A DNA stretch of 64,000 nucleotides. It comes from Bispira polyomma (taxonomy: Eukaryota). Shown piece by piece: positions 52,784 through 63,074 of the stretch; position 1 is the stretch's first letter; every line of letters starts with the position of its first letter. The notes beneath the pieces were generated by a model that was not told the DNA's origin, searched no databases, and saw only the letters and a program-made list of their open reading frames with translations. A program made the position numbers and the translations under genes. The DNA lies in NCBI GenBank assembly GCA_965649765.1, contig OZ287750.1, positions 51,336,001 to 51,400,000 of the forward strand, given 5' to 3'.

Positions 52784-54600
52784 CAAGAGGAAAGTGACCT
52801 TGCGGTCACATATCTCGGAGACATGTATCTATTTCTCAAGCTTACTACCTAAAAGTAAACCAATATTATCTGTCAATGTATAAGTTACAACAAAAAAAAA
52901 TACCTGTCTACCTATAACCTAAAATACAATTGTCAATATATAAGTTACAAAAAAGGAAATTATTTGACAACCTATTTAAATATTAAAAAAATATTATGTC
53001 TGCCTGTCAACTTGTCAACCTGTCTACCTAAAATTAAAAAAAAAAATGAATCAACTGTCTATCTGTCGACATGTCAACATGTAACCTGACAGGTCGACAA
53101 GTTAAAAAAAATTTTTTTAATATTTTGATTGAAGGTAATTTTGTATGGTTTAGAGTTAAGGTTTAGGGGAGTTAGCCATCATTCTTTAGCCTAAATATCT
53201 CTTACATTTAAATTTAGGTACACTTAAAGTTAGGGTTTAGGTTTAGAGCTTAGGGGAGTTAGCCATCATTCTTTAGCCTAAATATCTGTTACACATAAAG
53301 TTAGATATAATCCCCTAACCCCTTAAGCCTAAAATAATTTCGACCTGACAGCTTATATTTCTTAAATAATTAAAAAATTAGTCTACCTGTCGACCTAACT
53401 ACCAGAAAAAAATAAAATTTCTACCTGTCTACCTGTCGGCCTGTCTACCGAAAAGTTTTTTTTTTTTTTTGTTAACCTGTTGACCTGTCAACCTAGGAAA
53501 AAAAATATGTATTTTTTTTTTTTTTTTTGTCAACCTGTCGACCTAGAAAAAAAAAGTAATTTTTTTTGGGGTCAACCTGGGGAAAAAAACATATATACTG
53601 CCTGTGATATAATTCCGCCGCCTGTTATACATCGGCCACCATATAATAAACTTGTCATAACTTCAAATTAAATCAATTTATTGGCCTAACAATACTGTAC
53701 TCACTTGAATTTTGGTGCTGTAATTGTTTTACTTGAATCTCATGGTCCATTTTGTACCTAGATTGTTAATAATTACCATTTAAAATTTGACGTCCGATTT
53801 ACAACTGGCGGCCGAATTATAACCAGAGGCAGTATATATAATAGGATCTATATTTCAAATTATTTAAATATCCCTACACGGATATAGATGTATTCATACA
53901 CCTACGGGGGAATACTAGACTTCTTCATATATCCCAATATAGTTTCTAAAAGCAATATATTGCGATACGAAATTTAAAAGGAAGTACGTATCGATACAGT
54001 ATTTTCACTATAAATCCTTTAATGTCGCTCACTTCCGGGTCGCGTTTTAGACGAAACCTTGCCTCGTGTGTTAAATAAAAGATATTATAGTGAGGGCGGA
54101 AGTTCTGAAAGCCAAGTACCCGCATAAAACGCCCCAAATATGATGAGAATGTAGGCGAAAATAGAAGGAGTTCGCAGACTTTGCCTCGACTTGTGCGTTA
54201 ATAAAATATATTCTAGCGAGATAGGAAGTTTTCAAAGCCGAGTAACAACCGAAATTCCCCAAAAGTGATGAGAACGTAAGCGATTTGCAAGCCGCTTGTG
54301 TCAAATTAAATATGGGATGCATACAAAGTGATGACGTCAACATAAAAATGGCGAGAAATGCTAGTACCGAGTATCTGAAATACTTAAAAATAAAAAGACT
54401 GTAGTGTGGCGCCGCCTAGCGGTCCAAACCAAAGTTAAAAGGCGTGCGTTCTCGCAAGTTAGAAGCAAAATTAGAAAAAATAGACTTTCCCGTCAGTATG
54501 GGTGTACATATATCGTATATATATCCCCAACCCTAGTCTTTGTCACATATATATACCTATTGAAACCTACGAATCTGACTGGCCCCACAAAAAATTGACA
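52784..54600 (-). mobile_element. Helitron-like non-autonomous insert nested in the Harbinger (right boundary approximate)
   Basis: Hairpin GTGACC-TTGC-GGTCAC (52794-52809) plus CTTG|T terminus on the minus strand. The interior has CCTGTC(G/A/T)AC mini-repeats and TTAGGG-like tracts. Confidence 0.55.
53598..53832. mobile_element. MITE of 235 bp nested in the Helitron-like insert
   Basis: TIRs CTGCCTGTGATATAATTCCGCCGCC / GGCGGCCGAATTATAACCAGAGGCAG, flanked by TA runs. Confidence 0.8.
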
Positions 54601-54697
54601 TAGCAAAATATGCGGTAATCATGAGGTCAAAGGTTAAATCTTATTTTACAAACAAAATAAAAAAATAAATAGATATATTAAGTCTTCTGACTCGTCC

Positions 54698-56440
54698 TTA
54701 GTACCAACCACACATAACTGCCAAAAACGGACTTAAAATAATGGACGAAACTGGTAGAAAGTGCTGTCTACAGACCAAAAACATCTTCTTAATACATGAT
54801 CTCGGATGGCTCCGCCCTCCAAGATAAAAACACTTGGTGAAAAGTCTTCCTAGAGTATTATGTCTAGCACCTTTCCAAACTATCCTATACTGCCACTCTA
54901 CCTCTCCTGCTGGAGAGCAAAAGTAATCTTTCAAGGTGTTTCGTAACTCTTTTGCCTCTCTTTTCGCATGATTGCCACTGAACGCACTAGGCACTATGCA
55001 TTGAACTCCTTGAAATGAATCAATATTGTTGTTTATCAGAGGAGCAACACCATCACCATCTGAAGCAATACCTTGTATGCCGGGTAACTGTGCTGGTCTA
55101 TTTCTCTTCTGCAAGAAATTGTAGAGAATGCAAGTAGCTTTCACAATTTTTTCAGCCATATCAGGATGCACGTTTAACCTCCTTTGATAAAGTCTCCACC
55201 TTTGGGTTAAAATGCCAAAAGTATTTTCTGAAATCCTCCTGGCTCGAGAAAGATGATAGTTAAAAATTAATTTATCCTCAGACTGGTTTTTTACCAGGGT
55301 AGAGCCTCATCAGGTATGACTTCAGGCGGAAGGCTGGGTCACCTACTATACAGTGGAGGATCAAAGCTCTTACTGGAGCATTTGGCAATTTGTCAGGAGG
55401 AGGAATCTGTAGCGAATTTGATTCTAAAGATTTACCTAATTGTGATTCTCTGAATATACCACCATCACTATTACTACCATAGCTTCTAACATCGATAATT
55501 GTGAAACAGTAATTGGCATAAACAAGGGCCATCACAATGGAGAAGGCACCTTTGTAATTAAAGTATAAAGAGCCTGAGTTTAGAGGGGCTTGAATGATGA
55601 CATGCTTGCCATCTATTGCCCCAATACAGTTGGGGCAATTCCAGCAAGCTTGGAATTTTTCGGCAATTCTTTTCCAAGATTCCATTGTAGGAACTGGCAT
55701 GTAGTCATTCACTAGGACATCCCACAAGGCCCGACACGTTTCGTCTACAATTTTCCCCACTGTACTTTTTCCAACTCTAAAACTAAATGCTACAGTCGTA
55801 AAGTAATCGCCTGTAGCCAAAAATCTTAGGCATGTGACTAATCTTTCTTTCAACAGATATGGCTCTTCTGAAGTCAGAATTTTCCATTTTAATGAGTGGT
55901 CTTACAAGGGAGACCAATAAGTCACACTGCTCAAAGTTTATGTGGAAGTATGTAAAAAATCTGTATTCATCATCATGTAGTTCTCTAATTATTCTGTGGT
56001 AGCGCCCTACTTCCTCACGTTTTCGGTTGATTTGATGAACCCATTCCCTACTTCTTTTTTGTTGCTGCATATAGTGAGCTAATAACAGTAACAGCATCTT
56101 TTCTCTCGTCTTACGTTTCTAAAAGTTTTAAATAAACATATGATGTTATTCACTAGATTAATTTGAATTTTGAATTACTTACCCCAAAATAACTATATCA
56201 TTAACCTTATTATAAATTCAACACAGACCAAAAAAAAAAGTTTTGAGAAAGCTACACATATATTAAAAGGGAGTATCTTCAACGCGTATCTTTTCAAAAG
56301 ACTAAACACTGACATTGTACACTTATGAAAATAAATTTAGATTTTTGGATGAATATAACATTACATATATGTTTACTACTGAATAACTTGCTATTTCTAT
56401 CTTTTTATATAATTTTATATAAAGACAAGGCACTTACCAT
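54698..56440 (-). pseudogene. Harbinger (HARBI1/DDE_Tnp_4-like) transposase with two frameshifts
   Basis: ERLVTCLRFLATG, NCIGAIDGKH (D), YFNYKG, GSNSDGGIF, VGDPAF (D) and FNYHLSRARRISENTFGIL (E), spread over ORFs 55783-56097, 55278-55853 and 54698-55171. A putative ATG-only first exon at 56438-56440 splices in frame to 56118. Confidence 0.92.
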
Positions 56441-56804
56441 TTTAGAGTTTATTATCCTTTAAGTGCCGGGTAGAATTTATTCTCTCCTCGAGCATAGGAT
56501 AGTAAAAACGTAAACAAACCAAACAACTTAGAAGTTTCCAGAAAGTTTCACAAAAGATGGAGGTACTGAGTGAAATGGTAAGTACATGTTTGAATAATAT
56601 GTATTGAAAAAAAATATGGATCCAAGAATATTTATCTATAGTACATACGATAATGGGCGAAAATTTGTATACATGTGAATAGGTGAAAAAATAGTTGGGA
56701 TTCTCGTCGCACAGCGCCGCATTGATTCTCGTTGCACCGCGTAGATTTGCAATGGGCTCAAGACTGTGTGGCTAACTCGATTTAACTGTGGCTAAATACC
56801 TTGT

Positions 56805-57112
56805 AAGTAGTCGCCCCGACTACTGCAATTCCCTTTTGTTTGGGGTTACAAAATGCTGACAAAAAAGTCCTACTTTTAAAGCTGGTGTTTTTCAACAACC
56901 CTTCTACCTTGCTACTCATCTTTCTTTCAGTAACCTTAAGAGGAGAAACAGATTTTGTTTTCTATGTAAAACCTACCAAGAGGGCTGGATCTAGAGCCTT
57001 CCCTATTACTGCCCTATATTATAGAATAGTCTCCCAGTTGAGCTTAGATTACTAGAATACTTTTTGTATTTAACATGAAACTTAACATCTATCTCTTCAA
57101 ACACACTTACCC
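56805..57112 (+). mobile_element. Degenerate L2 fragment lacking its 3' tail
   Basis: SSRPDYCNSLLFG, KPTKRAGSRAF and KLNIYLFKHTYP; collinear with 49040-49480. Confidence 0.75.
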
Positions 57113-57164
57113 CTTACTGGGTTAAGACTACACAGTATACAGCCAATCTGTCCACTAGGGTAGG
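57113..57164 (-). repeat. 52-bp duplicate of the 3' end of the interrupted SRM exon plus GTAAG
   Basis: The minus strand reads CCTACCCTAGTGGACAGATTGGCTGTATACTGTGTAGTCTTAACCCAGTAAG. This equals the exon end at 60522-60549 joined to 57194-57217, with one mismatch. Confidence 0.95.
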
Positions 57165-57198
57165 GTTAATACAGTTACCTTGTAGTGAGTGTACTTAC

Positions 57199-57217
57199 TG
57201 GGTTAAGACTACACAGT
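57199..57217 (-). CDS. SRM: SRM interrupted exon, 3' remainder, 19 nt (..LCSLNP)
   Basis: A CTG TGT AGT CTT AAC CCA followed by GTAAGT, directly after the LINE (TTA)n tail. Together with 60522-60648 it gives a 146-nt exon in frame with both neighbours. Confidence 0.9.
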
Positions 57218-60200
57218 ATAATAATAATAATAATAATAATAATAAAAGTTCTTCTATAGCGCAAAATCTACACAAAGTAATCAATGCGCTTAACAGCATA
57301 AATTATAAATTAATGTTCAAAAGCAAAACTGAAAAAGTGAGTTTTTAGTTTCTTTTTAAAAACACTGACTGCTGTACAGGTTTTCAGATGCTTTGGTAGA
57401 GTATTCCATAGCTTAGGTCCACAAACAGAAAATGCCCGATCTCCAAAGGTTTTTAACTTTGCCTTAGGAACTGTTAGCAAGTGTTTACTTGATGACCGCA
57501 GTAGTCGTGTGCTTTTGTGTGGAAGCAGCAGATCTTGGATATAAGGAGGTTCCAATCCTCTGATTGATTTAAACACCAAGAGAACAATTTTGTATTGAAT
57601 CCGGTATTTGACAGGTAACCAATGCAGTGTTCTCAAGCATTCAAGTGAACTTCTGTGCTCCATATTTGAATCTAACACAAGTCTAGCTGCACAATTTTGA
57701 ACTCTTTGCAGTTTATCTAATAGTGTTTTTGATATGCCAAAGAGAATACTATTACAATAGTCTAATTTTGACATGACGAGGGCTTGAACCACTGTTTTGG
57801 CTGCATCCATTGAGAGATTTGATCTAATGTATCTAATGTTCCTCAGCTAAAAGTAACAGGATCTGCAAAGTTGACTGACTTGCTTTTTCATATTGAGGTC
57901 TTGGTCAATAAATACTCCTAGATTCCTGACATATTTACTTGAACTGATGAGAGACTCACTCACTTTTATGGAGTTGATTGACATTTTACTTCGGTGGATG
58001 GAATTGCCGAGTAGTATAAATTCAGATTTATCCTGGTTTAATTTCAACTTGTTGTTGCTCATCCACTTGTTAATAGCATCAATACAGTTTTCAAGATTAC
58101 ATACTATATCGGCTTGATTGTCTATTTTGGGACTGAGGGATGTATAGAGTTGTGAGTCATCAGCATAAAGGTGATATTGAATGAGATGTTGTCCTATAAT
58201 CCCAGCCACTGGCTTGGTATACTTGCAGTAGAGGTCAGGTCCCATGACTGACCCTTGAGGTACACTATACTTCAAAGTATGTGGTTCAGATTTAGCACCA
58301 TCTATCACTACACTTTGACTTCTCTTATCCAGGTATGAGTGAAACCACCGGTGAGCTGTGCCTTGTATACCATACATGTCGTTCAATCTATTTAAGAGGA
58401 TTTTATGATCAACCGTGTCGAAGGCTGCTGAGAGATCAAGAAGTGTTAACAGAACAACCTTCTTGTTATCCAGTTCAAGCAGAATATCATTTACCACCTT
58501 CAATACTGCTGTTTCAGTGGAGTGACAGGGTCTGTATGTGGATTGATAAGGTTCATTTAGGCTATTTGAATCTATGTATTTTGAAAGTTGTTGGCATACA
58601 ACCTTTTCTACGAGCTTTGAGAGAAAAGGTAGGTTTGAAATTGGGTGAAAGTTTTTGAACACAGGATCAGCCCCTTCTTTCTTGAGAATTGGTGTGACAA
58701 CAGCTTGTTTAAAAAACTCAGGCATTTTTCCAGTTTGCAGAGACATATTTATTATGTTAGTTATGCAGGGTAGAAGATCAGACAAGCAATGCTTCAAAAG
58801 ACAAGTAGGAATAGGATCCAAAGAGCAGGATTTGGATGGGGCTCTAGTAATGAGTTCAGCTACCTCATCATGAGACAATGTCCGGAACTGTGTAAACTGA
58901 GCGGTAGATGCTCCAGTAGAGTCCCCTCCCTTCGTTTGTCTACAGTCCAAAAAATTCTTCCTTATATTATCAATCTTTTCAACAAAGAAACCACTGAAGC
59001 TATTCACCAGATCCTGTTTGTTACTGTGCGGTGGCAAGAGTTGAGGAGCCTCAGAGTGAGTAAGTTTGGCAACTGTCTTGAAAAGGGCCCGATGGTTGCC
59101 TTTGTGAGAGTCTATGTAGGTGCTGAAATACTCTGATTTGGCAGATCTTATGAGGGCATTAACCCTGTTTCGCTGAGCCTTGAATGAATCTCTGTCTGTT
59201 TTATTTTGAGACTTCCTCCATGCCCTTTCAAGTTTTCTGAGATTCCACTTTTCAATCTTTATTTGGTCACAGTTCCATGGTTGTTTTGGCTTACTTCTTA
59301 TAAAGCGGTCAATAAGAGGTGCATGATTGTCCAAAACGTTAAATAAACACTGATTGTATTGATCAACAAGTAGATCCAGATCATTGGTAGGTTTAGTGAT
59401 AACTTCAGATGCCTGTATGTCCTGTCTAAAAAGGTCAATGTCAATGCTGTTAATTTTTCTATAAGATACTCTTTTCTTTTCAGGAAGAGGTTTAGAGAGC
59501 TGAATATCAAAGATGAGTGACACATGGTCTGAGATGTAGAGATCATCTACAGGAGTGGATGAAATTAGTCCATCATCCTTCCTTGTAATAATCAGATCTA
59601 AAGTATGGCCAGATTGGTGGGTGGGACCTTGTACATGTTGAACTAAGTCATATGTGTCCAATATCTCATCAAGATGTCGGCGGTTGTTATCATTGATTTT
59701 GTCATAGTGGATGTTAAAATCACCTAGTATAAGCAACTGCTCCTTTTCTGGACAGATGATGTCTAGTAGTTCAAAAAAGTCGTGAAAAAACACTCCCATG
59801 GGATAAGAGTTTGAACCAGGTGGCCTATACACCACTACAAGTGTTAGACTCTTTGTGTTTTTACTAATTGAACTCAGGATGTATTCAAATGAGTCAAACT
59901 GTCTTTGATCATTGGGCTTAAAAACTAAGGCATCATTGTATATAACTGCAACACCTCCACCAGATTTAAGTTTCCTATGGACACTATGAATGCTGAAACC
60001 ATCAGGAGCTAAATCCTTAGTCATTGCATTGTCCTCATCCCTTAGCCATGTTTCAGTAAGTACAGTTATATCAAGCTTGTTTCCAATGATATAATCTGTC
60101 AGCACATTCACTTTATTCCTGGCTGATTGTGCATTCAACAAACACACATGTGTCAGAGAAAGGGGGTGGGGGGACTGGTTCACATCTAATGTATATCAGA

Positions 60201-60521
60201 TTGCTTTCATTAACACCAGGTCTTTTCAGTTGGTGTTGCCTCTTTACTCCTCCTCTTTTGCCACGTCTTGTTGATTTAGCATTTAACCCCAGGCTTTTTA
60301 TAGTACTAGTTATATCCTGATGTATCCTAGTTGCTGAGCTAATACCTGTTATTGTTAAGAGGTAATTTCTTGTGTATTGAGACAATTGTGAATTATCCCA
60401 ATTACCACTTGACACACACATTTCTACACAACAGCTGATCAAAAGAGTAATGACCTTGACACTAAAGGGCATTTTCAAGTCAACAAGTTTGAAAAATTAG
60501 CAAGAATATCCACATAAACAC
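57218..60521 (-). mobile_element. Young, near full-length single-ORF L2-clade LINE (APE endonuclease plus RT) inserted in an SRM coding exon
   Basis: LLNAQS, LTETWL, GGGVA, VYRPP, GDFN, HTLDL, SDH (APE); LDLSAAFDTVDH, VPQGSV, YADDSQ (RT). 3' stem-loop AGCGCA..TGCGCT and a (TTA)n tail at 57218-57244. Confidence 0.97.
57310..60472 (-). pseudogene. L2 ORF (EN-RT) with one frameshift near 60160-60180 and one in-frame TAG at 57847-57849
   Basis: ORFs 60113-60478, 57847-60183 and 57310-57810 join into one protein; SCYF*LRNIRYIRSNLSMDAAK continues in frame across the stop. Confidence 0.9.
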
Positions 60522-60648
60522 ATACAGCCAATCTGTCCACTGGGGTAGGTAGGAATGGTACAGTAAGAGTAATCTACCACTGGGTACAGCTGTCTACAGA
60601 ACTCCTGCATACTCCTGATCAGCTCCAAGTGTAGCCACAGGCATTCTC
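60522..60648 (-). CDS. SRM: SRM interrupted exon, 5' part, 127 nt
   Basis: TATTTAG acceptor; (G)[41 protein letters not shown], then an abrupt transition into the LINE 5' end. Confidence 0.95.
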
Positions 60649-60689
60649 CTAAATACAACACAGTGAGCTGGGAATAGAGGAGTCTATAT

Positions 60690-61500
60690 GGAAATCACAG
60701 TCTTTGCAGGCAATACCTTAGTCAAAAAGAGGAACTCAGTGTGCTAAAACCCAAAATCATTACAACGTACTATCACATGCAGTTACTGACATATAGTATG
60801 CACAAGGATTTTTAGGTCATAATTCCAAAGTTTAAGGTTGAAACAAGATCAAATCTTAACCCAATAAATATTTGTAACAAATACGGACCTTTTCAAACAA
60901 GCATGCAGTACTTAATGAGTTAGAGCGCACATATAATTTTGAGGTCAAGGTCAAAACCAGGGTTGGGGTCTATCACATGCCAAAAAAAATAACGAACTAA
61001 ATAAATACTATACTTATCACAATAATATTTGTTAAAAGCTTAATAAATCAGATACAAAATAGTCTTAGAGAAATCCAAGTCTATGACAGGCAATACTCTT
61101 TTGACTCAAAACTAAAGGTCATGATCAAATTAGATCAGCCTATGACATTTCTTAAGAGAATATGTATGTCACGTATACACTTCCAGTGGCACATAGTTCC
61201 TGAGATCTGCCGGGACAACAATTGTTTAGGTTAAGATCACTTCTCCAAGGTTAAATGTCAAAATGAGATAATGTACATTAGACAACAATTGTTTAGGTTA
61301 AGATCACTTCTCCAAGTAAAATGTCAAAATAAGATAATGTACATACCCTAGGCTAGCACACATTTCTACCAAATATAAAGTTCCTGTGACAACCAGTTTC
61401 CCAGATATGGTCTGCACAATAATCATAAGGACAAAAGTCACAAGCCCAAACTAAAAGATCAAATTGAAGTAAGACCTTAATTTCCCCCCAAATACCTTAC
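60690..61500. mobile_element. Degenerate Helentron/HINE-type repeat remnant
   Basis: Recurrent AGGTCA(A) motifs (GAGGTCAAGGTCAAAA, AAAGGTCATGATCAAA), AGTTCCTGAGAT, ACCAAATATAAAG, and a ~65-bp local duplication at 61213-61345. Confidence 0.45.
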
Positions 61501-61571
61501 AAATTCGAAAACCTACAGTAATATTACCCCAACAAGACATTAATTTTTATAAATATTTGGCCAGTTTTTAC

Positions 61572-61655
61572 CTTGTGCACAAATAATTCCACCAGGCCGC
61601 AGGGCAGACTTCATCAAGGCATAGTACTCCTTCTGGAATAATGACACAGCTGGTC
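61572..61655 (-). CDS. SRM: SRM internal exon, 84 nt
   Basis: TGTAG acceptor; (G)PAVSLFQKEYYALMKSALRPGGIICAQ(G); GTAAAA donor; phase 1/1. Confidence 0.95.
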
Positions 61656-62459
61656 CTACAGATACATAAACACTCTAAAGTAGTGTTGCGTGTTAGTAGT
61701 GTTATATATAACCGGCTTGTGAAAGAAAATTCTGGGCAGGTTTATTTTAGTTCTCACCTTTATACGTCTAGTGACACATAAAACAATAAAAATGTGTACA
61801 TGAGCCATAACTGTAAAGAGGATATGGATTTTCAGTAGCTTTTTAATACATAAATATATTAACTAAGCCCATAAGATGGGTATGATGTGAATATGGTGAA
61901 ATTACAAGGATTTCAAAGTTTGTACACAATTTTTTGTTCAAACCGGTTCTTGATTTTGACTTCCGATAAGATTGTTTTAGCATTTAAACCAAACTAAAAG
62001 CTATTATCCAGTCTTCTACACTACTGTAAATGTTGTCATACATACTATGATCCTTGGCCAACAGTCAGTCACTAAGAAATTTGTCCTTTTTTCTCAAGGT
62101 ATGATACACATACTGATTGTCAGCTGATTTTAGAGCTGATTTTCTAATACATAATTGTAAATGCAAAATTTACTTTTGCAATTGATTTGTTAGTAAATTC
62201 CACAGATTGATTTGTGCGGATTTTTCAACAGTAGAAATAAAAATGCAACATTGCACATATAGTGGACGATTTTAACTATGTTGTTTTTCCCCCTTTTTTT
62301 TGTCAGCAAGAAATCTCAATTCAGAAATAATTTCACGCCTTCATCAACCATTGAATTCACACTTTTGTCTACAACTAGAATACATATGAAAACATTTCTT
62401 TGTGATGAAATAATATGGACAAAGGATTATTAGGTCAAGGTCATAATTCTATATTGGGT

Positions 62460-62760
62460 GGTCTCAGTGGCCTAGTGGTAAAGAGTGTCAGACTTTGGAT
62501 CTAAGAGCCCCAGTTCGATCCTTGCTTCAGGCCTGAAAGTTTTCCCTCTCTACCCAGGTGTATCAATGGGTACCAGGCTGTTAATGGGTGTTAGTCTTGT
62601 GCGCTGCATGTGGCAGCATGGCTAGTATGCTTCCTGAAACAGCTGAGACTGAACAATTGGTCGACAAGTGAAAGAACACATGCTGGAGGTGTAAACTGTG
62701 AAGTCGACAGAGACCTGAAAATAGGTGATATCATACTATAAACCTACACACATTTACATA
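62460..62760 (+). mobile_element. CORE-SINE family A, copy 4 (antisense in an SRM intron, internal deletion in CORE)
   Basis: TGGCCTAGTGG A-box, AGTTCGATCC B-box, CCCTCTCTACCCAGGTGTATCAATGGGTACC, and the shared body. Confidence 0.88.
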
Positions 62761-62784
62761 ATGGCGAGACCGTGCTATATTTAC

Positions 62785-62938
62785 CCACTGGGTCCGAAGA
62801 GTCTGTGATGATCACATCAAACTGGCCCTTGTGTTTCCCCATGAAGTCAAAGCCATCACCAATGTGTAGGGTCAGTTTAGGACTAGAAAAACCAGTGGAC
62901 ATGTAGCCCAGGTACTTCTTAGACACTTCGACAACTTT
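62785..62938 (-). CDS. SRM: SRM internal exon, 154 nt
   Basis: TTTTCAG acceptor; [51 protein letters not shown](G); GTAAAT donor. Confidence 0.97.
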
Positions 62939-62972
62939 CTGAAAATTAAAAAATATGCCACTGATTAGTGTC

Positions 62973-63074
62973 GTGACGATTCCAGGAACGTCTAAGCAAT
63001 AGATGGGTTACGATTCCAGGAACATCTAAGCAATAGATGAGTGACGATTCCAGGAACGTCTAAGCAATAGATGG
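62973..63074. repeat. 34-bp tandem repeat, 3 copies
   Basis: GTGACGATTCCAGGAACGTCTAAGCAATAGATG(G/A) at 62973, 63007 and 63041. Confidence 0.95.

Larger units (their letters stand above)
50956..56758. mobile_element. PIF/Harbinger DNA transposon, degenerate autonomous type, in an SRM intron
   Basis: Perfect 16-bp TIRs AGCCCATTGCAAATCT at 50956-50971 and 56743-56758, CG-rich subterminal repeats, and convergent MADF and DDE genes. The TSD is not clean (TGA / CAA). Confidence 0.92.

Noticed and set aside
53150-53325. TTAGGG/CCCTAA-like tracts suggesting an interstitial telomere
   Set aside because: Only one or two degenerate units, inside a duplicated segment of a nested transposon.
57893-60320. 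Plus-strand ORFs overlapping the L2
   Set aside because: Antisense shadows of the EN-RT reading frame, with no independent evidence.
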